Under the pieces are notes generated by a model, which was not told the origin of the DNA, did no database searches, and saw nothing but the letters and a program-made list of their open reading frames with translations. A stretch of DNA of 63,992 bases, the filler included, from Reticulomyxa filosa (lineage: Eukaryota; Protista; Foraminifera): assembly GCA_000512085.1 (NCBI GenBank). It is 24 parts of 24 records of this genome, joined end to end, with 100 filler letters (N's around TTAATTAATTAA, not from the genome) between each part and the next. Parts side by side here need not be neighbours in the genome. Positions count along the whole stretch, not along the records: positions 24,633 to 26,756 come from ASPP01007983.1; positions 26,857 to 31,724 come from ASPP01027232.1; positions 31,825 to 33,006 come from ASPP01038112.1; positions 33,107 to 36,370 come from ASPP01018564.1; positions 36,471 to 38,980 come from ASPP01036041.1; 19 more parts are not named here. One strand, given 5' to 3'. A program made the position numbers and the translations under genes. Of this stretch, positions 24,731 to 37,826 are shown in pieces (position 1 is the first letter of the stretch; the number at the start of each line of letters is the position of its first letter).

Positions 24731-25306
24731 GTGATGACAACGTTAATGAACAATTTCAATCAATTGATGAAATTGAAAAATGACGCTGGTCAAATCCCGA
24801 TTGAAACAATAAATTATACCTCAGTGGCCACAGGAAATGACTTGGCCGCCATCCAAAAATACGAAAAAGCTTTTGATGAGTGGAGCAAGATAATGGTACG
24901 CTTGGACGACTATGATGAACTGCGTGAGTTTTTAGGCGTTATCTGCGGTGAATATGTTGATTCTTCGTCGGTGGCGTTCATTGATTCTAAAATGACCGAT
25001 GATCTTTTACTTGCTACTATGGATCATCCTAACGCATATGCATCCAACAAAACAAACCAAAAGGGCGATAGTTTGTGGAGCTCTTCTTTGTCCAAGGCGC
25101 GAAGCTTTGTTACCGGCAATTCCGCCTCAAACGCGCACAATGACTACGACAATAACAGTCGCGCCAACACAGAAAATGCTAATGGCAATAGTCAATCCAA
25201 TCCTATTTACACTGGGGCTTCCATAGCAGATCAAGCCAAAGCTTTTGGGCGATCTACAAAGCAATTGTTTGTATCTTACTGGGATCGTATGAACTTCCGC
25301 AGATAA
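24731..25306 (+). CDS. Terminal exon of hypothetical protein
   Basis: Acceptor TAG at 24728-24730 followed by 191 open codons; convergent with the TLDc gene. Confidence 0.6.
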   Translation: MMTTLMNNFNQLMKLKNDAGQIPIETINYTSVATGNDLAAIQKYEKAFDEWSKIMVRLDDYDELREFLGVICGEYVDSSSVAFIDSKMTDDLLLATMDHPNAYASNKTNQKGDSLWSSSLSKARSFVTGNSASNAHNDYDNNSRANTENANGNSQSNPIYTGASIADQAKAFGRSTKQLFVSYWDRMNFRR

Positions 25307-25666
25307 ATCCAAATCTTTTTTTGTGTGTTTTTTTTTCTCGGCTTGCTTTTCATTTTTTTCATCGTCTTATCATTAACTCTACAGATGAAGCGTGAGGTTT
25401 TTTAATTTTTTAACCATTCATATCATAACTTTGAAAACTTGTTGCATACAATAAGTTTATATTTTTTTGTTATTGATTCTTTGGACAAAAATCTTTCATT
25501 AGCAATAACCCAACTGTCTGCGTGTTTACAAAAGTATTATGTAGGATTGCAATTGATAAGAATTATTTTGAAAAAAACGAACATTAAAAATCTTTACTGG
25601 GAAATGAAAAAAAACAAAATTAAAAACAAAAAAAGTTTACAACATTTTAAAACTTCCGACTACATT

Positions 25667-26756
25667 TCACTCATCAAATCCCCAAACTTCAACACACGCT
25701 ACTTGAAATTCAGTTTGAGAAGCCAGGCAAGGATTGGAAAACGTGTCTGACTCTTGTGACACTCCCAGGCAAAAATTGGAGGCTAATCGCAGTGCCGGAT
25801 TGTGTCTGTTGATCAATGTATCATCCAAAACAGAAATTAAATTTAAAAAAAAAAAAGGAAAAATACAAAAACTAAACCCTCCACCAAAAGTAATGCCGTC
25901 CGGCTGTGCCAAAACAAAATATCGGTTCATTTTCTTCCAGCCAAAGTACAAAGGATTGGGCGAGACACGAAACACAAAAGTGTCAGACCCACCAAAAAAC
26001 GAGTCAGTCCCTTTGCCAGGCCATGACTCGGAAATAAACACTCCGAACACCTTTTTTTATCAATTGTTATAATTGTACAAACAAAGCAGTTTGGAGAGAG
26101 AGAGAGAGAAAAAAAATGAACAAATAAATAAGCACAATGAAGGCATGTGCATAAGTAATTAACATAATGATCAGTGTCTTGAACAATGAATATGGTGGAG
26201 CCTTTGTTTTCAAGCTGTTCATATAACGTGAGAAAACTGGTCCCATGTGTTGCAGTAGTAAAGAGTAATTTCCAATCCAGGAATTGCACACCAATTGGAA
26301 GCCATTGATATAGAATACTAATCATTTCACTGGTAAGGATGCGAGATTCTCCATCAAGTAATTTCGGCTGAAAAAATACTATTTGATTATTTGTACACCA
26401 CATATATGTGTATACACATATACATATTATGAAGAACAATGTGTCTTTAAAAACAACCACAACTATGTTTTCGTTTCTTTCCCTCTATCTTTTTTTTCTT
26501 TCCCCTCCCCCCCCCTCTTTTTCAATCTCAAAATGCAATAACCTTTGGCATTTTGATTTTTTTGGCAATGAACACAATGCTCAGTATTGTTGCCACGCGG
26601 CGACAGAGAAATGGAGTCATTTGCACCCTTCCCGCAGCTGTCGATGACATGTGCGATGCCAATGGGTTCATTCCACGTCTCTTTCATTTCTAGCATCGGA
26701 TTATCGTTGGATTTGATCGATTTTTCCAAAAGAGTGGCTTGCTCATCATCATCATC
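25667..26756 (-). CDS. TLDc-domain protein (OXR1/NCOA7 family), 3' exons
   Basis: ESRIL, WKLLFTTATHGTSFLTLY, TIFIVQD, VFGVF, FFGGSDTFVF, YFV, GITFGGG, ALRL, SDTFSNPCLA, FQVACVEVWGF. Confidence 0.92.
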
Positions 26757-26899
26757 NNNNNNNNNNNNNNNNNNNNNNNNNNNNNNNNNNNNNNNNNNNN
26801 TTAATTAATTAANNNNNNNNNNNNNNNNNNNNNNNNNNNNNNNNNNNNNNNNNNNNAGGCGAAGAAGAAAAAAGAGGAGATATGTTGATACAACTGTGA

Positions 26900-28094
26900 C
26901 CCCAAGATTAGACCATGATATCAACGTCCATCTCAAGTGCCAATGACGAAACGGAGCCAATAGCAATGACAATGGAAATGGCAGCCGATTGAAAAGCAGT
27001 ATTCGTGACCGTGTTCTTATTCACATTTAATACAATGCTTTGATCATTGTTTAATGTGTTAAGATGCCACTTTGTTTCTGGATATAAATGGTACTCCCGA
27101 TATTGTGGATGAACCAATATTGTTTCCCGATCCAATCTCTTCATGTGTCTTTTCCATTGATATTATTTGTTGTTGGTGTTGTTTATCATGAAAGAATCAC
27201 TATACTATTATCATTTTCTGGATATCAAATTTTCTTTGTTTTTGTGATGCTTCCGTTCTCACCGAGACAGCAGTATTTGCTTCAGCATTCTCTTCCTTTT
27301 CATTTGCGGTTCCACCACATATGCTTCCGTGGACTTAGTACATTCCAGTTGTTTGTAACAACAAAAACAATAAACAACAAATTCATTCAAATTGCTTAGA
27401 AAGACAAAAATAATCTTTTTTTTAAAAAAAACTTCAATCTTCTTTCAAATGCATTCGTACCAATCTTACTTGACGAACGGTATACTACGATTAAATATTT
27501 TCCACCAAATCAACACGAAGACCATACTAATTGTATCTTGGAAATGTCTTAATGTATCTTTGATGTGTTGATATCGGGGGGATCACAAATACATGTAAAG
27601 AGCGACGCATGATATTTGATCAAATTCTGTGCATTGATGAGTTGGAGTGCATTGAATGAAAGTAGTGCATGATCGCAAGCACATAGCATTTCATTGTTAT
27701 TTGCGCTTCGTTTCAATAATATCATCCATAATCATTCATAATCTTTGGTTAACACACATGTCAGCGTCTTTTAGGGATTGCATTGTGTCTATCCTTTTCA
27801 TTCACATTTATCTCCTTTCTTCTCTCAATAGTTTTACATTTCTTATACGATTCATCACCACTTGTCATATTCCTTGACATAATTCATACATCACTAATAC
27901 TATTCGTCGATATTTTTTTCTTTTCTCCTTTCCTTAAGCTAATCTTTTTTTTCTTCTTCTTCCTCTTTCTCTTGCTTTCATTCCAAATCTAAAGTATACC
28001 ATTCTACAATGAAAAGGTCCATGTTCATATTGGCTTGATTAAAACATTATTACACAACTGAAAATATGATACAAATAACATATACCTTGAAATA
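26900..28094 (-). repeat. Decayed repeat/pseudogene family A, copy 1
   Basis: Colinear similarity to 28350-29868 and 60760-61743, e.g. ACAGCAGTATT, TTTGCGG.TTCCACC, AATCTTCTTTCAAATGCATTC. Confidence 0.8.
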
Positions 28095-28349
28095 TAGCAC
28101 GTTGTCTTTGTAACCTTCTGTGACCACTCGTGGTAAGGTTACATTTTAATGTCGGTAATGTAATTATGGATGTGCCAATAGAAAAAATTTGTGAAGCCGA
28201 TCCAAAGATTGTTGAGCGCGATCCGAATTTTTTTTGTTTTCTGGACGTTATTAAATGCACTTGTACTTGCACCTTTTTCCAGAGGGATGATGCATTTACT
28301 TGACAACGATGGCATTAATAAATTGGGAGTCGTGTTCACAGTGGCTTCA

Positions 28350-29868
28350 AAGCTAGACCATGGCATCGACGTCATCTCAAGTGCTCAATGACGACAATTG
28401 CAACGAAATGGATTACAATCGATTAGAAGGTAGTATTTGTGGCCTTGTTTTTATTTGCATTAAATACAATAATTTTGTCATTGTTGAATGTGTTGGGCGG
28501 CAGCTTTGTCTCGATTACGGATGGAGGGACATTGCTTCGACACAGAATGATGTGTCGTGTTCGTATTTATGGTGGCGGATCTGTTCATGTATTTTGCAAA
28601 TGAAATGATCCTTGGGAACGCAAATCTTCATTTATTTTTATTAACACAAGGACGAGATATTCATTGAGAGTATGTACGCATTGTGGGAATGATGGTCATT
28701 ATTTTCTTGGCTTACATGTCGTCCTGGAAAAGATTCACTAATTTGTGTTTGGCTGATTGAACATCACATCCCCAATATTGTAGATGGACCTGGATTGTTT
28801 CACAATCTAACTTCTTCATGTGTCTTTCGCATTTGCACTATTTGCTGTTGTTGCTGCAATTTATCATGGAAGAGTTACTCATTAATTTTCTGGATATCGT
28901 TTGCATATCGATTTTTTTTTTTTCAGTTTTTGTAATGCCTCCATTCTCTCCAAAACAGCAGTATTAATATTTTATACGTGTCTTCTTTTTGTTCTTCTTT
29001 ATTTGCGGATTCCACCGCCTGTGGACTTTACGTATTCTAGTTGCTGTAAAAACAAAAACGACAAACAATAAATTAATTCAAATTGTTTAGAAAAAAAAGA
29101 CAAAAAATAATCAATATTCTTTTAACTTTAATCTTCTTTCAAATGCATTCTAATCAATAAAGCAAATCATTTCCTTCCAATCTTACTTGACGACAACCAT
29201 AGTTTTTTTTACATTGAAAAAAACAATCAAATTGCAATAATATTTTCCACCAAATCAAACACGAAAAGTCATAACAATTGTATTTTGAAAACGTTTCCAT
29301 GTATCTTTGGTGTATCGATATCGGTGGATCGCATACAGCATAATCATAAATACACGTAAAAGGTGGAAACCGGCATTTGATGAAATTAGGTGTATTGGTG
29401 AGTTGGAGTACATTGAATGAAAGTATTAAGTGCTAATCCAAGTGTTATTGTGTGACTGCAAGTGCACGATAATTCATTGTCACTTGTGTTTTGTCTTATA
29501 AATATCATTCATAACAACTCATAGTTTCCATAAAACGAATATCAACACTTTTAATGGATTTATTGTATCGGTTCTCTTTCATTCACATTGTCTCCTTCCT
29601 TTTCTTGGTATGCCATATTTCTTGCACGATTCATTACTAGTGTCATATTTTAAAAAATAATCCATTAATACTATTGTTTCTTTTTTTTTCTTTTGCCCTT
29701 CCCTTAATCTTCTCTTTCTTGTTCTTCTTTATCTTACTGTTCCTACTTCTTTCATTCCAAACATAAGGTAAATCAAACTACAATGAAATGATCCATATCC
29801 ACATTGTTTTAGTTAAAACAAATCACAACAACTGAAAATATGATAAAAGTAACACATACCTTCAAATA
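28350..29868 (-). repeat. Decayed repeat/pseudogene family A, copy 2 (tandem)
   Basis: Begins CCATGGCATCGACGTCATCTCAAGTG versus CCATGATATCAACGTCCATCTCAAGTG in copy 1; both end CATACCTT(C/G)AAATA-like. Confidence 0.8.
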
Positions 29869-30899
29869 AAGCTGCCTTTCCTTCGCGTTTAGTTGATGCT
29901 TGTCATTTTGAATGTCTTTTTTTCCAGTCGTTCTGATTTTGGTGATATGCATTCTCTGTTTCGCATTCGAGTAATGGCAGGATTGCATGCCACGATGGAA
30001 TTCTCCACAGAATATACATTTACTTCCATTCTTGATCTCTCACATTAATATTCATCACACAACTCCAATAGATCTCTCTTTACTCGATTATATATGTTAT
30101 ATTTATTTATTTGTGAAATTGCACAAACAATCTACTTTCGAGCTGTGGCTGTGAAGACCAAGAAAACACAAAAAGTTTGTACAACGATACAATTGCGCTG
30201 AATTCTGCCAAAGGATTAAATTCGTATTGCCTTTGTTATTAACTATGACTCATGACACAAGCTATATTTTAATATTGATGATATATGATTTATTGTAAAT
30301 TGTTCTTGGATGCAAATTGACAATTCGTGGAGCCAACATATTGTTAAACATGATCACGATCCAATTGTTTATTGGTCCATGTGAATAATTTGATTGTCAA
30401 TTTTCAATATTTAACAGTCAGCAGCAATACGATTTGGAGAATTTTTCACAATCAAGGTTGTTCAGGTCTAATTTCGTTTCTATAATATTATACATATATT
30501 TTCAGATTGATTTTTTTTGACAAACACAAAGAAAAAAAAAATTTACTTAACTATCCTGCTCGGGATATCATAAGTATTAAAATAAAAAAATTAAAATGTA
30601 AAACATTATTTTTCTTTTTCTTTCATTTTATTTTCTTTTTCATTATTTTTCCTTATCAAAGATGTTTGTTTTTTTTCTTTTTCTTTTTTTTCCATTTTTC
30701 CTTTTTTCTTTTTTCCTTTTTTTTCCACATTTTTCCTTTTCTTTTTTTCCATTTTTCTTTTTCAATATCCCATTTTTTTTATTATTCCGTTTTTTCTTAT
30801 TATTACCTTTTTTTTTCTTCCCCCTTTTTTTCCCCATATTATTCAATTGTACCCACTTTTTTTCCAACAACCATTTAAAAGATAAATACATATTCATTT

Positions 30900-31460
30900 T
30901 GTGATCCGAACCTATATGCACACAAACAAACAAAGTTATATTTTATAACTTTTTATATAATAAAAAACATATTTATAACTATGAGAATTGGAATCCAATT
31001 ACAATCTCGATTCTTTTTTTCCTGTACAAACACTTGCAAACTTTTTTGTTTTATGTAGTGTGTGCAAATAAATAGATAAATACGTACACATATATATATT
31101 TTTGTTCTTGAAGGGGGAACCTATTAAACAACAAACACAGCAACATTATATAACAATATGATATACATATGTACATAAATAAATATAAACATCACATACA
31201 GTTATTCCTCTTTGAGGATACGGGGGTAGTTTCAACCCCTTATTCTTTTTTATTCTTTTGTGTGAAGTGATGGGACCAAATATATTAACGATTATTCGTG
31301 GACGGAGGAACCTATGTTACAACACACACAACCATTTAAACATATTTTAAAATATATACATATATAACAAACCTTCATTTCTCCTTTCGGAGACGGAGTG
31401 GTTTCTACCCCGTATTTTCTTTTTTCTTTGTGTCACATTGTTGGGTCCTATTGTACATAG
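30900..31460 (-). repeat. Tandem ~190-bp intron plus hairpin-exon units
   Basis: Three units each carry a minus-strand TAG acceptor (plus-strand ACCTAT). GC-rich hairpins lie at 31206-31240 and 31380-31413. A homologous unit is at ~36050-36355. Confidence 0.55.
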
Positions 31461-32927
31461 CACACATAATATAGAATAAATCGCACAAACAAAACACAAA
31501 AGATATTACAGTCTCTTAGTGCTTCGCAATTGCCTTTACATCGCCACAACATCATTCATTGTGCGAGGTTTTTCATTTCATCAATCAATTGTAGAATCAT
31601 CTAGCTCCTTATTCATTCAACCTATGCAAGTAACATACAAATAATTTATATTATTATCACAACAACAACAATAAAAAAAATACAAAATTACTTGACAAGA
31701 CCATATAGGTCACATTTTGATGTGNNNNNNNNNNNNNNNNNNNNNNNNNNNNNNNNNNNNNNNNNNNNTTAATTAATTAANNNNNNNNNNNNNNNNNNNN
31801 NNNNNNNNNNNNNNNNNNNNNNNNATCATAGAAGGGCAATATAATATTACATATTTATCTTCCTTACAACAATATAATTTTGTTTATGATCAATTTTGTA
31901 AATTCAATCCAAAGGAAAATCTATTTACGTAATTTTATTTGAATATTTCAATAAATATATTATGAATGAAACAAATTCAACAAGTTGTACTGATGTCATA
32001 TATGTTGTTGATGTTTAGGAAGTTTTTTAAAAAAAAGGGGCTGTGACATGACCTTTTTGAGAAAACAAAAACATTTTACATTAACATTTTTTATTCAAAC
32101 AAAAAAATTACACATAATTTGAGCAAAGAAAATTGAAAAGGTTGAATTATTGTATCGAGAATTTTCAGTGAAAAAGTAATACCACTTGTCAAACATTGTT
32201 TGTGATTGTCTTGTATCGGAAATACGAATATTGTACCTTTCTTTTTGAATTAACTTGTCTTCTTAAAAAATGACAGTAAAAATCAGTTATTAAGGTTCTT
32301 GAAATGATTTCACTTTGTGCAGCTTTAAATTATATTCACATTTAGTTTTTGTCGGTACAAAATCCTTGTGTTAAGGCTTACAAACAAGTTCTTTTTTAGT
32401 GAGATTAAAAAAAACAGGACTGTATGACATCTTAAACAAATTCCATCTTTTTCTTTTTTTTGCATTGTGCAATGATTAGAGTTTTTAATGGTGTAGTTTT
32501 TTATTCTAAAACTTTTTGTGTGAATTCATGCAACTTGTAATTAAAAACTTTGGAAAAGCATTTATGGCATGCTGCGTGTCAATATTTTTTATTGTTATGT
32601 TGTAAAAGAACAAACTTTGTGAAAAAAAAGACATTTTTTAGCAACTAAAAACCATAAGTAAATTTGCTATTTGTTTCACAAATCATCATACAATAAGCAT
32701 AATTAATATTACAACAAAAGATCTTTATTTCAATCAACAAATAAAACTGGTCAATATTGTTATTGAATGTGATATTGAGAAAAAGTGTTTGACAATCAAT
32801 TAAAGCGCAAAATAAAAAGGGAAATGAACAATAAGAAAAAGAAAAGAAATATTATTAAAAAAATAATTGAATTAGATAAAAATGATAAATGAATTATTTT
32901 ATCGATCAATTAGCAAAATCAAATAAT

Positions 32928-33006
32928 TAAATACATTAGATTGCAAAAAAAACTACTATACCTAAATGGCACTATACGAAGAGAATCGATTTTCTCAATG
33001 AAAAAT
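32928..33006 (+). repeat. Short repeat at contig end (second copy 48688-48740)
   Basis: AAATACA(T/C)TAGATTGCAAAAAAAAC...ATACCTAAATGGCACTATA.GAA at the 3' ends of two contigs. Confidence 0.7.
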
Positions 33007-33106
33007 NNNNNNNNNNNNNNNNNNNNNNNNNNNNNNNNNNNNNNNNNNNNTTAATTAATTAANNNNNNNNNNNNNNNNNNNNNNNNNNNNNNNNNNNNNN
33101 NNNNNN

Positions 33107-35440
33107 TTCACATATACACACTTATCCATTATTGCGTTTTTTTTATTTCAATAAAAAAAGACCTTGCGTTGTGAGTAGATATGAACACACGTGTAAATTG
33201 TCGGATTTGTGTGCAGTGTTCATTGCACAAAGTGCAAATAAATGTGAGATCGCAAATAACCAAAATATCGTAAAGGAACCATTGATGTTTGTATCCTTTT
33301 TTTTGTTGATTATTTCATAAGACTTGTTATATTTGGCCCCGGTAAATCGCAATTCCACTCACTCTTTGATACTTTGCCATCCCGTGTAAAGTTGCAGTGC
33401 CAGCTGAATTCCATTTGAACTGCCCCTACTGTTTTTTTTGAAAGATAATCATCCGCAGAGACTTGTTTACTATCAACGTATGCATAGACAAGTCTTTCCA
33501 ATGATTCAGGTGCCACTACTTTGATATTGCCACACTCGTCCAGCAGTTCCATTGGGGTGCGCTATGGAAGTTCGTCCATATATGACAACGCGCAAAATCG
33601 CCATCGTGTTTATAACAAGTAATTTCATAATCAAACGTAGCAAAACCTACAAACTTTTTTTTTAAAAAAAACAAAAATAAATCCAACGTGGTATATCCCC
33701 CGGACTCTTGGAATATCTTTTCTTTGCTTCTTCGTCTCCTTTTTGCCAGTAATTTGCTCGCCCACTAATGTTAACATTTTCTGACAACGTTATCGTCATC
33801 TTATTCATTATTTTCTACTCTTTCGATCCATCCAATCGATGCCGCCGTAACGTTGATATCATTACCACTTTGCGCAAGATCATCAAGTCTTCGTTTTTTT
33901 TATCTTGTCAAGCTTGATTTTGTGGTCATTCGGTACCAAAATCCAGTTTGTCCTGGATTAATTGATAGAGCTTATCCAATGCTATCACCGAAGCCATCCG
34001 CTCTCGTCGCCCTTGTAATAGAGCATTTCCAATAATAATCATATCCGACGTTTGAATTAGCGATTCAAGGATGGTACCATTATTATCTCCTTCTTCAGTT
34101 TTGGACGTATTAGTCCTTCTGTAAATGCTGGATAATGCAACGAATAAAAGTGTTGCATTGTATCTAATAAGTCGTCCGTCAGCCCATAGTCTATCTCGGA
34201 GACAGTCTAGCGAAAGTAATTAGAGCGACTCTTGCAACAATCCATTGTTTGAGCACGTGAAGGATTTCTGCATCTTGGCTGTGCCTGTCGTCGTTGTTAT
34301 TGTTGTTGAAACGTGATAGCGAATGTCAACAACATTTTCAACAAAAATCCACTTCCAATAACCTCCATTGCACACGAACTCAGCGAAATCACTTGAAAGA
34401 GCCACGCTTTTCCCGTTACGCAAGATATCAGTTACATACCACAAAATGCTACCAACCACAGTTTTCGCTTTATTGTTCACATATGTCTCTATATACACAA
34501 GTATCCATTATTGTTTTTTTTATTTCAATAAAAAAAGATCTTGAATTGTGGGTATATATGAACACACGTGTAAATTGTCGGATTTGTTTGCAGTGTTCAT
34601 TGCATAAAGCATAAATGATTTGAGATCCCAAATAATCAAGATATCGTAAAGGAACAATTGATATTTGTATCCTTTTTTTTTGTTGGTTATTTCATAAGAC
34701 TTGTTATACTTGACCGCGGTAAATCGCAATTCCACTCCCTCTTTGATGCTGTACCATCACATGTAGAGTTGCAGTGCCAGACCGAATTCCATTTGAACTG
34801 CCCCTACTGTTTTTTGTTGAATGATATTCACCCGCAGATACTTGTCTACGCATACGTTGATGGCAAACAAATCTTTCTAATAATTCAGGTGCCACTACTT
34901 TGATATGCCACACTCGTCCAGCAGTTCCATTGAGATGCGCTATGTAAATTCGTCGATATCTTAGAACACGCAAAATCGCCACTCGTGTTCATAAAGAGTC
35001 ATTCCATAATCAAACGCAGCAAAGCCTAGAAACGTTTTTTTTATAAAAAAAAATAAAACAAATCCAGCGAAGTATAGCTCCACGGACTCTTGGAATCCCC
35101 TTTCTTTGCTTCTTCCTCTACTTTTTGCCGGTGATCTTGGCTTCGTTTTGAATAATTCCTCGATCAAATTTGGCTACTCGCACATAACGATTCTTCGAAC
35201 GTCGTGATTTGCTTGTCCACTAGTGTAACATTTTCTAACAGCGTGTTCGTCATCTTATTCATTATCTTCTACTCTTTCGATCCATCCAATCGCTGCCGCC
35301 GTAATGTTAATATCATTACCACTTTGCGCAAGATCATAACGTATTCATTTTCTTTTATCTTGGCAAGCTTGATTTGTGGTCATGATGCACCAAGATCCAG
35401 TTTTTCCTGGATTAATTTGACATAGCTTGTCCAATTATTC
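33107..35440 (-). repeat. Decayed repeat/pseudogene family B, tandem pair (33107-~33985 and ~34476-35440)
   Basis: Colinear copies ~1.37-1.45 kb apart (GAACACACGTGTAAATTGTCGGATTTGT, GAATTCCATTTGAACTGCCCCTACTG, TCGATCCATCCAATCG) with stops and frameshifts. Confidence 0.85.
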
Positions 35441-36049
35441 CAACTATATCACAATGTATTTTTTACAAATACTAAGCCATCAGATCTAGTCGCCTTTGTT
35501 ATGAAGAACATCTTGGCATTGTCAAATGGATAGATATCATTGATTCGAATATTTCCAATAACAACCTTATTTATTTGCCAGCAAAGTCTTGGCCAATCAA
35601 ACAAATGCAACTTCTTCCATCCAAGCTCGCCACTTCGATCAAAACTTTATTTGTTGTGGCGGCGATAAGATAGCGCTTATCCAGCGCTTTTGCGGGATAT
35701 TCTCCCATTTTTCTTTTTCAATCTCCCCCCTTTTTTCCTTTTCCTTTTTTCTATTTTTATTCTTTATTTTTCCATTGTTATCTTTTTTTTTTACATTGCC
35801 ATCTTTTTTATTTTTTTCTAATTGCCATCTTTTTTTTTTTTCCATTTTCAAATCTTTTTTTCATTTTTATTTTCTCATTATCTATTTTTCTTTTTCTTAA
35901 ATAAAATTTTCCAAATTTTCATCCCCATTTTCCCCTATTTTTCTATCTATTTTTCCCATTTTTTATTTTCCCAAATTTTCCCTATCCCTATCGACCTCAA
36001 ATATAAAAAAATAAAAAATAAAAAACAAAAAACTTCACAATATTTCTTC

Positions 36050-36355
36050 GACGACTTGCAACCTATAAACACAACAAAATCAAATAATTTTTTCATTTTT
36101 TTGAAAAAAAAAAAAAAAAATACTTTGACTTTTGGAGCAAAGCTCCAATTCCAATCTTCTATTTATTTTTTCTTTTGTAGCTTTGAAGGGGGGGGTCAAA
36201 AAAAATGTTTGATGGGGGTATGCCTATAAACAAAGCAAACAATTATTTTATAATAAAATATATAATATAAAAATAAATTCAAACTCTTTCATTTTTTTTT
36301 CGACGCGGGATGGCTTCAACCCCGAAGTTTTTCTTTGGAGGGTATTGGAACATAT
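36050..36355 (-). repeat. Intron plus hairpin-exon units homologous to 30900-31460
   Basis: Minus strand CGGGGTTGAAGCCATCCCG hairpin, then AAATGAAAGA|GTTTG donor and TTTATAG acceptor; perfect TTGGAGC-AAA-GCTCCAA hairpin at ~36132-36148. Confidence 0.5.
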
Positions 36356-36728
36356 ATATATTTTTTTTTTNNNNNNNNNNNNNNNNNNNNNNNNNNNNNN
36401 NNNNNNNNNNNNNNTTAATTAATTAANNNNNNNNNNNNNNNNNNNNNNNNNNNNNNNNNNNNNNNNNNNNTTTTCAAAAATGAATAAAATATTCAAATTT
36501 TTTAAACAATTAGGAAAGATGTAATAAAAAACCAAAATCATATTTAAAAAGTACACGATTTGTAGATATTTTTTTTAAAAAAAATTAGGTCTGAATGTAG
36601 TTTTTTTCATGAAAAAATCAATCATTTCTATAAGGTGTCAACTTTACTTTGCATTCTACTGTATTATCGAAATTTGTTCAGTCGCAACAATTGGTTCGAG
36701 TTAATCATTTTGAAGTTGCGAATACAAA

Positions 36729-37400
36729 GTGCGCTGTGGATTCAATTGGCAATATTGCCTTGGACGAGTCGTGTCACGTCAACTTCGTAGAAGTTCAGCT
36801 TCCAAAGCGAAACCAGGCCAAGAGTCATTGCAAGCGCCTTTGCTCGGACAAAAGAATGACATGCCGAGGGAGTCCGACACCAGAAAGGCAAAGAACATAA
36901 TGGTGGAAATCGACGAAGAGTTGAACGAGACGACGATGACGGGAACGATTACGCCACGCACTCCGACCAACGAAAACAATCTTCGGACTGGAAAGTCAGG
37001 CGCAAAACAATACTCTTTTCCGGCCACGGAACAACAAAGAAAGAATAAAGCCAATACAGGAGACTCAGCGGGAATGACAGTGGTCAATGACGCGAAGACT
37101 AAAAAGCAACAAGAGCAAATCGAAAGCAACAAAAAAAAAACGACGAACTTGAAGCTTTACCGGAAAACGACAGTCCGAGACTAAAAGAAGATAACAATTA
37201 TGAAGATATTATGGAAACCGACTAAAAACAAGCTAGCGTAGAAGATTATGCCGCGAGCGGCATTTCGCCACTTAACAAGACACAAATGGAAATGCAATCA
37301 ACACGACCAAAGACGGAGGTGGCACGTCAAGAGTGCTGGCGCCTGGAGACGTCTTCGATCCAACCCGTACTTATGACTGCAATACCATGAGTGGGCTTAA
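36729..37400 (+). pseudogene. GC-richer degenerate coding-like segment of unknown family
   Basis: Overlapping short ORFs with coding-like composition broken by frameshifts; no motif recognised. Confidence 0.25.
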
Positions 37401-37826
37401 TGAAGACCATGGCATTGTGTTGCTGTGCGAAAGTGTCATGTACTTCTTTTATTTCAAAAAAGCTTTTTGCCTTGTTTAAATTTTCGTTAGCTCAGTAAAA
37501 AAGTATTGGATTTTTTTGAAAAAATTTTACGCCTGATACAATGGAAAAAAAGTTAATGAAATTTCATATTGATCGATGACTCAAAGCTATTAAAAAAAAA
37601 TTTTAACGAAAAGTCCAAAACACGGAAAGAACAAAAGAATATCTTTTTTTGCAAAAATTCTTTTTAACAAATAAAACTAAATTTAATCAACATCATCAAT
37701 TTGAGGACCATCACTTGGTCCACTGACATTTCCTCCAGAACAAAGGAAAAAGAATGAAATGCCAACAAGAAAACAGCATTCATAATTAATAAAAACGAGA
37801 AAATATTAGCAGTACTTTTACTTTTT

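Noticed and set aside
30507-30933. Phe-rich and Lys-rich ORFs (also 35589-36229 and the A-rich tract at 55478-55810)
   Set aside because: They arise from T/A-rich low-complexity tracts; no coding evidence.
31380-31413. Hairpin unit as a Penelope-type hammerhead (GAAAC...GTC on the minus strand)
   Set aside because: No CUGANGA core upstream.
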